Assembly: GCA_963759805.1 (NCBI GenBank)
Contig: CAVXAT010000002.1
Coordinates: forward strand, 5,532 to 69,531
Length of the DNA: 64,000 bases
Source: an uncultured bacterium
GTDB lineage: Bacteria; Babelota; Babeliae; Babelales; RVW-14
Direction of reading: 5' to 3'
A model generated the notes under the pieces. That model was given only the letters and a program-made list of their open reading frames with translations. It did not search any database and was not told the origin of the DNA. Positions 37,299 to 45,621 of this stretch are shown here, one piece after another (the first letter of the stretch is position 1; each line of letters begins with the position of its first letter). The translations under genes were made by a program, and so were the position numbers.

Positions 37299-38420
37299 TT
37301 ATTTTTCTAATAGCCTTGTTACAAATTTGTGAATTAAAACATAGCACAAAGGAATAAAAAATGGTGTCATTTCAAAACTTCCATATCTGGCTATGTGCTG
37401 ATCAAACGCACAAATCCTATCTAACGTATAATTATTATATCGAGCAACGCTACAGTTTGCTTCTGTGTCCTTTCCATACTCCGTATGAATCAAAAGAAAC
37501 ATCGTCAAAGATGCCATAAAAAAAGCCCCCAAAATAGCAAATGGCGCTTCTATAGTAAATCTAGACACATTTAATGCAATGCCACCTAATGAAGTCGTTG
37601 ATCCACTAACGACTTCTAATCTTCTTAAATACTCAGGGCTTATTGCATTTAGCGCAGACAATATTGTGGTTGCCATTTTTTGATCAACTGACGATAATAC
37701 ACGTTCTAGTTGTGCAGCTGCAGCTTCTGGTTTTATCTGTAATCTTGCTACTGCTGCCGCTGATCGACTTTGCATAGGTATAGCTTGTCCTTCTTGCAAC
37801 GGTATTTCAGATTCTTTGTCTGAGATTATTCCGAACACATCTACTGTTTTCGGTAATGCTTTTAGAGATTCGCAAAAGGACCCATACCATGTCTCACCCA
37901 ATGCACGCCTTGCTACTTTTCTTGCCGCTTTTGCTCGTAACATTGCTGCTGCGTGCGCTGCTGGGTCTTGTGTTTGTGTTGCTTTATATTCTGCTATGGC
38001 TGACGCAATAATTGCTGCTAGAGCATTGGCTACTTGTGCTGGGGTTACTTGTACCAGCGCGTCAGACAAATCACCTTCTAAAATAGCTGCTATTACTTCT
38101 GCGTTTTTTGTATGCGGTGAGATCAAACGTATTAAACTAGATTGACCTGCCACTTCTCGTACTACTGGTACTACTGGGGCTGTTGTTGTTGATGTTGATG
38201 CTACTGGTTGTGGGGCTGGGGCTGTTGTTGATGTTGATGCTACTGGTGGTATTGTTAATGAACTCAAGCTCGAAGATCTCGAAACTCTTGTTGATGTTCC
38301 TGGCTTACGCTGTTGCTGCCCTTTTCCGGAACCACCCTTACCAGGGTTGCCAGTCATGGCAGATAGACTTGTAGAAATCAATAATCCCATCGAAACGATA
38401 AAAGCTAAATGCTTTTTCAT
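37299..38420 (-). CDS. Hypothetical secreted/membrane protein, family 'B' (signal peptide, ASTST-type low-complexity region, C-terminal hydrophobic segments)
   Basis: AGGAGGTTATATC precedes the ATG. MKKHLAFIVSMGLLISTSLSA signal peptide. VASTSTTAPAPQPVASTSTTTAP repeats, an Ala-rich helical middle, and hydrophobic APFAILGAFFMASLTMFLLI. Confidence 0.6.
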   Translation of the reverse strand: MKKHLAFIVSMGLLISTSLSAMTGNPGKGGSGKGQQQRKPGTSTRVSRSSSLSSLTIPPVASTSTTAPAPQPVASTSTTTAPVVPVVREVAGQSSLIRLISPHTKNAEVIAAILEGDLSDALVQVTPAQVANALAAIIASAIAEYKATQTQDPAAHAAAMLRAKAARKVARRALGETWYGSFCESLKALPKTVDVFGIISDKESEIPLQEGQAIPMQSRSAAAVARLQIKPEAAAAQLERVLSSVDQKMATTILSALNAISPEYLRRLEVVSGSTTSLGGIALNVSRFTIEAPFAILGAFFMASLTMFLLIHTEYGKDTEANCSVARYNNYTLDRICAFDQHIARYGSFEMTPFFIPLCYVLIHKFVTRLLEK

Positions 38421-38607
38421 GATATAACCTCCTAAAAAAATAAATAATATAACCTCACATTTTTAAAGACTACTATTCTTTGTAATCTCTTCTATTTTCT
38501 CAAATAATTGCATAACAGTCAAACGCATGCAATGTATCAAAAAACTGTAAAAATCAACAAAAAATGACTTTGAATGTTTCTATGTGAAAAGATACAGAAG
38601 TTGCCGT

Positions 38608-39444
38608 TTAGCAGCCACGTAGGTTTTTATCAATCGCGCACAATGATGGATCGCACAGGGTACCATCAATCTCGCAATAGCCGGCAAAGCTCCCATCCGG
38701 CAAAACAACGGCCGGAACGCTGTTTGAAATCAGTTTCGCTGCCTGCTTTAATTGGGCTTCTTGGGCCGAAATTTTGTTTAACTGAGCATTACAAATCCCA
38801 TTCTTCCCTGAACCCCAACGCTCTGAAATTCCAGGTATCCAATCTGCAATCAAAGGCCCCGGCCCATTGCAGTAGGCAGGAATAATCAAAAGTTGCCACA
38901 CAATTGCTCCACCTATCAATAAAACAACCCCCATTGTTGCACCAACTGCAACACCTTTGATAACAGATTTCGAAAGCGATTTTAACGACTGCCCTACCCC
39001 TTGCAAAGATTCTTTTAAAGTATCAACAACAAAAGAGTCTTTAAAGGCAGACCTAATCCAGTTCCCTACTGAGCCTGTTGATGGTAAACCATTGGCACTA
39101 CGTTGGTCGCTTAACTCTGCTAATCCATCTGGTCTGGATGGTAAAACTCCTCGATCCAAACTTCGCTTAAGATTAAGTACGTTTTGAAATTCCTCTTTAT
39201 TTTTCATTTTTCCGGCATCTTCTAAGGCAACTTTCAAAAATTCCTCCATCGGAACAACTTTGGATTCTTTGCCGTCACTCATCATAACAACTGGATGCAA
39301 AGCAGCATCTTGTGCCGGAGTTGGCATAGCGGAGAATAATTCAGTTACGTAACTAGTCACACAAATAAATGAAATCAGAGTAGCAAAAAGAACTTTGCTA
39401 CCCCAAAATTTACACACAGTCTTAAATTCATCAAATTTAAACAT
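38608..39444 (-). CDS. Hypothetical membrane protein, family 'A' (paralogue of 36366-37049)
   Basis: Same length class and layout as 36366-37049: N-terminal TM, P-V-V-M-M-S-D-G motif, central TM (GVAVGATMGVVLLIGGAIVWQLLII), Cys-rich C-terminus. Confidence 0.6.
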   Translation of the reverse strand: MFKFDEFKTVCKFWGSKVLFATLISFICVTSYVTELFSAMPTPAQDAALHPVVMMSDGKESKVVPMEEFLKVALEDAGKMKNKEEFQNVLNLKRSLDRGVLPSRPDGLAELSDQRSANGLPSTGSVGNWIRSAFKDSFVVDTLKESLQGVGQSLKSLSKSVIKGVAVGATMGVVLLIGGAIVWQLLIIPAYCNGPGPLIADWIPGISERWGSGKNGICNAQLNKISAQEAQLKQAAKLISNSVPAVVLPDGSFAGYCEIDGTLCDPSLCAIDKNLRGC

Positions 39445-39538
39445 TTTTTATCTTTCTAAAATTATACGCTTAAATGAAAGCCTACAAAAGCTTACAGATA
39501 AAAATACTTTTATCAAGTAAGATTATTTAATAGAAAAA

Positions 39539-39576
39539 CCAAAAAAGACGGTAGATTTTTAAAATTCTACCGTCTT
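39539..39576 (-). terminator. Intrinsic terminator after 39631-40476
   Basis: Perfect 10-bp stem AGACGGTAGA / TCTACCGTCT with a 10-nt loop. On the minus strand it is followed by a run of six T. Confidence 0.75.
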
Positions 39577-39630
39577 AAAACTTCTTACTTACAAACTTCT
39601 TAATCTTTTCAGATTAAAGATCAATTCGGA

Positions 39631-40476
39631 TTAGTCGTCAAGGCCAAATGGATGGTATCCCCATCTTCTTAGTTCTGGGCGTCCAAAGAAAAAACTTACA
39701 GGCAGCTTAATAAATAAATCATAAGCACAACGCAATCCAATTATAACCCCAAAAAGCCATCCACCAAAACGTAAGCCACTCAATCCAAGAAATGTTCCCA
39801 GATACTGTAATCCCGAAATTGCAGTCCATAATCTTGAGACCGTATAGTGAAAGGAGATTCGAGAAAATACATCCTCCAATGCAAAACCGGCCAATCTCAA
39901 TCTCTTATTCGCGGCATCTCCAAGAGCATCGCTTGATGTGAGATATAACATTATTCCGCATAATAAACCCTCTAAAACACATCTAATTAAAACTTTTGTT
40001 GTTGGCTCAGCATTAGCTGTAGAATTAGTAATCCAAGAGGTTATTGATGACCCTAACTCCCAAGGAGCAGCAAGTAATTTCTTAAGAGCACTGACTGCTG
40101 CCTGGCGATTAGCAGGCACTGCTGCTGCAGAGGTACTCGCACCAGGAGTAAGAACATTGCCTAATGCCCTGCGATTAGCAGGTACTTCCGCTGTAGGTGT
40201 ACTCGCAACAAGAGTAAAAGCTTTGCCTCCTGCCCTACGATTAGCAGGTACTTCCGCTGTAGACGTACTCGCAACAGGAAGCCTTTTGACTTCCTCAACA
40301 GAAGAAGTTTGCGTTGCATACGTAACAGCGCTGCTGTGATAATCCTTCTGTTTCTTCTGGGAAGAATCCTTCTGGGAAGCATTCTCATCTTTTTTCATGG
40401 CATTTAAGTCAGAACTCAAAAGGCCCATACTCAACCCTGCACCCACCAATAAAAACACAAATATATTCTTTTTCAC
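39631..40476 (-). CDS. Hypothetical secreted/membrane protein, family 'B' (paralogue-like of 37299-38420)
   Basis: GTG start preceded by GGAGGTTATC. Signal peptide KKNIFVFLLVGAGLSMGLLSS. Three repeats of ASTS(T/A)AEVPANRR, and C-terminal hydrophobic segments. Confidence 0.6.
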   Translation of the reverse strand: MKKNIFVFLLVGAGLSMGLLSSDLNAMKKDENASQKDSSQKKQKDYHSSAVTYATQTSSVEEVKRLPVASTSTAEVPANRRAGGKAFTLVASTPTAEVPANRRALGNVLTPGASTSAAAVPANRQAAVSALKKLLAAPWELGSSITSWITNSTANAEPTTKVLIRCVLEGLLCGIMLYLTSSDALGDAANKRLRLAGFALEDVFSRISFHYTVSRLWTAISGLQYLGTFLGLSGLRFGGWLFGVIIGLRCAYDLFIKLPVSFFFGRPELRRWGYHPFGLDD

Positions 40477-40705
40477 GATAACCTCCATATTTAATAAAAC
40501 TAAAAAAACCACCATCTTTTTAAACTAAAATTTATCACTTGTAATATTATACTAGCAGACAAAAATACTAAAATCAAAGGCCCCCACCCCATTGCAAACT
40601 TGAAAAACAAAAAATATACTCTATCATCACATAAGATTTTAAATAAATTATTAAATAAACTATCCAATTGTGTGTTAGGAATTAGATGTGTGTGTTAGGA
40701 ATTAG

Positions 40706-42778
40706 ATGTCTGAATCATTGACAGAAAGTAGCTTGAAGTTTTGGGAAAAGCAGGCTCAAAAATTACCTTGGTTTAAAAAATGGAATCATGTTCTAGCATG
40801 GAATGAACCATTTGCACACTGGTTTGTTGGCGGTCAAATAAATGCCTCATACGCATGTCTAGATATTCACATTAAAAACGGATTGCAGGACAAAACAGCA
40901 ATCATCTGGGAAAGTGAGAATGGTAGCTCACAAACTCTCACATACGGCCAACTTTATGATCAAGTAAATAAATTTGCCAGTTTTTTACAAACACAGGGTG
41001 TTAAAAAGGGCGACATCATCGTCATTTATCTTCCAATGATTCCTGAAGCAATTGTGGCCATGCTGGCAGTGGCACGGCTTGGGGCAACGCATTCAGTAGT
41101 GTTCTCAGGCTTTAATACAACGGCATTAAAAGATAGAATTGTCGACACTCAAGCCAAATTCGTAATTACAACTGATGCGGCATTTTATAGAAACAAAAAT
41201 ATTGTCCCGAAATATGTTGTATCAGACGCAATCAGACAGATTAGCCAGACTGCGCATGACAATGCAGCGCAAGCAAATTTTGTTAAAAAAGTTATTGTAA
41301 TTAAGCGAACAGAAAATTCAATAACTATAAATCCCGATCTTGATGTTATTTACGACCCAAACACCTCAACGGGTCCGATGGAACCTAGCCATGCGGAATT
41401 TGTTCCCGCCGCCGTGCCCGGCGTAGCCACGACCTGTCCCTCGGAGCTACCTGAGCGGAGTGGGAAGGACGAAGCCTGGATGCCTGTCGAATCCAATCAC
41501 CCTCTTTTTATTTTATATACATCCGGAACTACAGGAAAACCCAAGGGCATCGTCCACTCAACCGGCGGATATTTAACTTATGTTTATTCAACAATTAAAT
41601 GGGCTTTTAATATCAGCAAAGATTCAATTTACTGGTGCACGGCAGACATTGGGTGGATTACGGGGCATTCGTACGTAGTCTACGGCCCCCTCATGCACGG
41701 GGCAACAATTTACATCCGCGAGGGCGCACCTGACTGGCCAACTCAGGATGTCTGGTGGAAGGCAATTGAAAAGCATAAAATTTCAATTTTTTACACATCC
41801 CCAACGGCATTACGTATGTTCATGAAAATGGGTAACGAGAATATTTTAAAACACGATTTATCCAGTTTAAAAACGCTTGGTTCGGTTGGCGAACCGATAA
41901 ACCCTGAAGTCTGGCGATGGTTCAATGATGTTATCGGACAAAAAAGGTGTCCGATAATTGATACGTGGTGGCAGACGGAAACAGGTGGTTTTATGATCTC
42001 TCCAACCGCAGGACTTAATCCTACCACAGAGCTTAATCCAATTGCAGAAATAAAACTTAAACCCGGGTCCGCAACCTTTGCATTACCGGAAATTGATGCT
42101 GACATTGTTGATTCAGGCGGACAATCCGTACCACCCGAAACCAAAGGGTTTCTTGTAATCAAAAAGCCTTGGCCGGGAATGGCAATTGGAATTCATAACA
42201 ATCCACAAGCATTTCGTGAGATTTATTGGTCAAAGTTCCCAAGCATGTATTATTCAGGCGATTATGCAATAAAAGATTCCGAAGGGTATTTCTGGTTACT
42301 TGGCCGAGCAGATGAAGTATTAAAAATCTCCGGCCATAGAATTGGAACATCAGAAATTGAAAGCATAACACTTGAACATGAAGCAATTGCTGAAACTGCA
42401 GTTATCGGAATTCCTGATGAGATAAGAGGAGAAGCAATAATTATATTCTCGATTCTCAAAACAAGTTTCACCGTGAGCATTAGCACTGAACACGAAGTAT
42501 TAAAACACGACGTATTAAAACACGACGTGTTGGAACACGAAGTGTTCAAGCAAGAAATCTTGCAAAAAATCAGAACTCAGATTGGTGCATTTGCAACTCC
42601 AAAAGAGATTCACTTTGTTGAAAGTTTACCAAAAACCCGTTCGGGGAAAATAATGCGTAGACTGCTTAAAGCAGTTGTGCAGGGTCAAGCAATCGGAGAC
42701 CTGTCCACATTGGAAGATGGAACGTCGATTGAAGAAATTCAAGCAATTTATAATATGATTAAGAAACAGTTGGGATAA
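40706..42778 (+). CDS. acs: Acetyl-CoA synthetase (AMP-forming), carrying two in-frame repeat insertions
   Basis: YTSGTTGKPKG, WWQTETGG and SLPKTRSGKIMRR. Insertions lie at 41411-41491 (dispersed 81-bp repeat) and 42488-42547 (4 x 15-bp tandem repeat). Confidence 0.95.
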   Translation: MSESLTESSLKFWEKQAQKLPWFKKWNHVLAWNEPFAHWFVGGQINASYACLDIHIKNGLQDKTAIIWESENGSSQTLTYGQLYDQVNKFASFLQTQGVKKGDIIVIYLPMIPEAIVAMLAVARLGATHSVVFSGFNTTALKDRIVDTQAKFVITTDAAFYRNKNIVPKYVVSDAIRQISQTAHDNAAQANFVKKVIVIKRTENSITINPDLDVIYDPNTSTGPMEPSHAEFVPAAVPGVATTCPSELPERSGKDEAWMPVESNHPLFILYTSGTTGKPKGIVHSTGGYLTYVYSTIKWAFNISKDSIYWCTADIGWITGHSYVVYGPLMHGATIYIREGAPDWPTQDVWWKAIEKHKISIFYTSPTALRMFMKMGNENILKHDLSSLKTLGSVGEPINPEVWRWFNDVIGQKRCPIIDTWWQTETGGFMISPTAGLNPTTELNPIAEIKLKPGSATFALPEIDADIVDSGGQSVPPETKGFLVIKKPWPGMAIGIHNNPQAFREIYWSKFPSMYYSGDYAIKDSEGYFWLLGRADEVLKISGHRIGTSEIESITLEHEAIAETAVIGIPDEIRGEAIIIFSILKTSFTVSISTEHEVLKHDVLKHDVLEHEVFKQEILQKIRTQIGAFATPKEIHFVESLPKTRSGKIMRRLLKAVVQGQAIGDLSTLEDGTSIEEIQAIYNMIKKQLG
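41411..41491 (+). repeat. 81-bp GC-rich dispersed repeat, copy B, in frame inside acs (encodes AVPGVATTCPSELPERSGKDEAWMPVE)
   Basis: Matches the reverse complement of 30336-30416. 81 bp is 27 codons with no stop. It lies just upstream of the conserved PLFILYTSGTTGKPKG block. Confidence 0.9.
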
Positions 42779-42802
42779 ATTCCACAAAATTAAGAATATA
42801 AA

Positions 42803-43387
42803 TTAAGAACGTGCAAATGTAACTAGTTTTGAATAATCTCCTTGATCTGCTAACTTCAATGCATCAATATACTGTTTTCGAATTGGTGTAGCCTTATATA
42901 AATCCTGATTTATTCCCCAACTAAAACGGGGATGTCCCAATTGCATTATAAGCAAATCAGCCATCAAGCGCGCATGTCGCCCATTCCCGTTAGGAAAGGC
43001 ATGAATCCACACTAAACGATGGTGTAATCTTACCGCAATTTCGTCATCAGAAAAAGATTTGTTCTCCAGTTGATAATTAACATCATCACAAAGTTTTTTC
43101 AACTCGACTGGAATAATAGGCCAGTCAACACCTATATTTTTCCCATAATGACGAAAGATCCCTGCCCACTTCCATGTTTCATTAAACATCTGTTTATGTA
43201 GCTGCTGAATAAAATGAACCGAAATAATATCCTTTTTTTCACGCCCCCATTTTTCGGCAGCAATAATATTTTTTTGTTCCCAAGCATTCAGTTGTTCATG
43301 AGTGGTAATATGTGTTGGGATTAAATCGGCAATTTCCTCCGGCTCGATGGGCGTAGCGCCCTCCGGATAATTAAATTTCATCATCAC
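42803..43387 (-). CDS. Fic-domain protein ('mobile mystery protein B' type)
   Basis: Fic motif HAFPNGNGRHAR (HxFx[D/E/N]GNGRxxR). It overlaps the upstream HTH gene. Confidence 0.85.
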   Translation of the reverse strand: MMMKFNYPEGATPIEPEEIADLIPTHITTHEQLNAWEQKNIIAAEKWGREKKDIISVHFIQQLHKQMFNETWKWAGIFRHYGKNIGVDWPIIPVELKKLCDDVNYQLENKSFSDDEIAVRLHHRLVWIHAFPNGNGRHARLMADLLIMQLGHPRFSWGINQDLYKATPIRKQYIDALKLADQGDYSKLVTFARS

Positions 43388-43844
43388 TCCAAAGATTTCT
43401 TGGACTCCCTTGAAGCAATTCCTCTATCAGATCATCCTCCTGTTGACGCCTCTGCTCAGAAGAAAGCCCCTGTTGTTCCAATTTCATTGAATGCTCCACA
43501 ACGCTAAGGCGTTTTCTTGCAACCAATTGCGCTCTTTCTTTTAGTATCTGATCAAAGGGCTTGTTTGGAATGAAAAAATATACGCAACGACAATTCATCG
43601 CCCTTGCAACCTGATCAAGAGCCTCTAAGGAGATAGTTCGCTCCTTTTCACGACGTTCAAATGCCATCACATTCGACTGAGTACACCCCAACCGCTTGGC
43701 AAGTTGCTGTCCTGATAACCCCAGAACTTTACGAATAACCTGAATCCATCCATTCTTGGGAACATGTTTTTGAGCTAAAATGTTAAGGTCAGTTAAGCTC
43801 GCCTGTACTTGATCACGCATCATTTTCTGAAAATTTTTTCTCAT
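43371..43844 (-). CDS. XRE-type HTH protein ('mobile mystery protein A' type), partner of the Fic gene
   Basis: HTH LSGQQLAKRLGCTQSNVMAFERRE. Start at ATG 43844, preceded by GGTGA. 17-nt overlap with the Fic gene. Confidence 0.75.
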   Translation of the reverse strand: MRKNFQKMMRDQVQASLTDLNILAQKHVPKNGWIQVIRKVLGLSGQQLAKRLGCTQSNVMAFERREKERTISLEALDQVARAMNCRCVYFFIPNKPFDQILKERAQLVARKRLSVVEHSMKLEQQGLSSEQRRQQEDDLIEELLQGSPRNLWSDDEI

Positions 43845-43967
43845 AATAATCACCTATAAGTATTAATTTAATTAAAAATTATAATCTATAAGTGATTATA
43901 TTGGAAAAATTAATATAATTAAAAGGGTTTGCTAATTTTATATATTTCTACTATTTAACAAACGAAT

Positions 43968-44828
43968 TTAAGCCGTAACTGGAGAGTGTTGTTGCACTGC
44001 AGGGATTTCTTTCGCATTATCTCGATTTGCCAAAGACTCTGCCAGCATTAAAGATCTTTCATCAAGATTATATGCCCTTACTTTGACATCGGTATGTCCA
44101 TAGCGAATACCTACAAAATTCATCCCCAACTCTTGGGCGGCAACTTTTACAGATTCCACGTTTTTTAGCTTATCATCAACAAAAACAATCTTTTTTACTT
44201 TCAATTCCGGTTTACCCAACAAAAAGGCCTTAAGCGCCGGCCCTTTGTAATACCCATCACAAAACAAAATGCCATTACAATACTTGGACCCTAGAGTGGT
44301 AAGTGTTGCATTAATTCCATTTTCAGAAATGGCTCCCTGTTCAACATCAATTCCAACTGATTTTAGCTGGTTAAAAACGCTCTCTATCAGACAGAGAGAC
44401 CTAACAGTTAAAATCATCACGCTATGGCCATTGTTTTTCAAGTCTTTGATCAAATCTTTTGTACAAGATTCAACAGCCTGAACCGCCGCAGAACGCTGAA
44501 TTTCTACGTAAACTGGAAGCAGTTTAGACTTCGCATCTGCATTTGATAACCCATTATCTTCAAGTTTGTTCATCATTGCACAAAACCAAGCATCAAAGCC
44601 ATAATCCACTTTACCTTCAACAAGTACATTATCGTAATCAAAGATAAATAAAGTTTCAGGCTCAATAAATCTTTTGACATCTTCAATAGCATTACTTTCT
44701 ATGATCTGAACGGATGTATCCGCAGGTACACCAATGGGAAGCTTACGCGAGCCCTGAAATTTATAAAAAGCAATTGCAACAGCCAACGAACATAATGTTA
44801 ACACAAATAATTTTGTAATTTTTTTCAT
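43968..44828 (-). CDS. Secreted HAD-superfamily-like hydrolase (putative)
   Basis: N-terminal signal/anchor. HAD motif I-like IFDYDNVLV (DxD) and motif IV-like VFVDDKLKN. The assignment rests on motifs only. Confidence 0.45.
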   Translation of the reverse strand: MKKITKLFVLTLCSLAVAIAFYKFQGSRKLPIGVPADTSVQIIESNAIEDVKRFIEPETLFIFDYDNVLVEGKVDYGFDAWFCAMMNKLEDNGLSNADAKSKLLPVYVEIQRSAAVQAVESCTKDLIKDLKNNGHSVMILTVRSLCLIESVFNQLKSVGIDVEQGAISENGINATLTTLGSKYCNGILFCDGYYKGPALKAFLLGKPELKVKKIVFVDDKLKNVESVKVAAQELGMNFVGIRYGHTDVKVRAYNLDERSLMLAESLANRDNAKEIPAVQQHSPVTA

Positions 44829-45562
44829 GATACTCTCTTAAATATTGCTAGAAACTCTTTGTTACCAGACTTATCGCCTTTGATTGGCGATTCCATTAAA
44901 TCCATCATTTCAAAACCAAACTCCAGCATCCCATTTTTTATTTTTTCGACAACTTTTTTGTGCACGTCATCGTCTTTAACTATTCCGCCACGCCTAACAT
45001 CTTCTCGCTCTGCCTCGAATTGAGGCTTGATCAATGTAATAATTCTTGCATCGGGCTTTAATAACTTACAAACCGCGGGCATAACTTTAAGCAAAGAGAT
45101 AAAAGACAGATCAAGAGTTGCCAAATCTACCAACTCCGGCAAAGAGTCAAGATAACGTAAATTTGTTTTTTCGTACAAGATAACTCGAGGATCTTTGCGA
45201 AGTTTTTCATGAACAATTCCAAAACCGACATCCACGCCGTAAACACGTTTTGCACCTCGCTGCAGCAAGCAGTCAGTAAAACCACCTGTTGAAATTCCTG
45301 CATCAAGAACCACCAAGCCTGTAACATCAATCTTGAAATTATCCAAAGCACCTTCAAGTTTAAATCCTGCACGGCTTACAAATTTTGGCGTTTCATTTTC
45401 AAGCTCAATTTTTGCATCAGGAATAACCTGTGTGCCGGCCTTATCTACAATCTGGTCATTAACCTTGACCTTGCGCTGCAGAATAAAACTTTGTATCTGA
45501 TTTCTTGATAAATTCGGGAATCGCTCCTGAATAACCAAATCTAACCTCTTTTTCTCAGCCAT
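44825..45562 (-). CDS. tlyA: TlyA-family rRNA 2'-O-methyltransferase (S4 domain + FtsJ-like methyltransferase)
   Basis: RLDLVIQERFPNLSRNQIQSFI (S4-like), FVSRAGFKLEGAL, and VLDAGISTGGFTDCLLQRGAKRVYGVDVG. Confidence 0.9.
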   Translation of the reverse strand: MAEKKRLDLVIQERFPNLSRNQIQSFILQRKVKVNDQIVDKAGTQVIPDAKIELENETPKFVSRAGFKLEGALDNFKIDVTGLVVLDAGISTGGFTDCLLQRGAKRVYGVDVGFGIVHEKLRKDPRVILYEKTNLRYLDSLPELVDLATLDLSFISLLKVMPAVCKLLKPDARIITLIKPQFEAEREDVRRGGIVKDDDVHKKVVEKIKNGMLEFGFEMMDLMESPIKGDKSGNKEFLAIFKRVS

Positions 45563-45570
45563 AATTTATT

Positions 45571-45621
45571 CAAGCATAACTTTTATGCAAGCATAAGTTT
45601 TATGCAAGCATAAGTTTTATG
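45571..45621. repeat. 3 x 17-bp tandem repeat (CAAGCATAA[C/G]TTTTATG) spanning the htrA stop and the htrA-tlyA spacer
   Basis: Units at 45571-45587, 45588-45604 and 45605-45621. Each contains the mini-palindrome CATAA-n3-TTATG. Confidence 0.9.
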
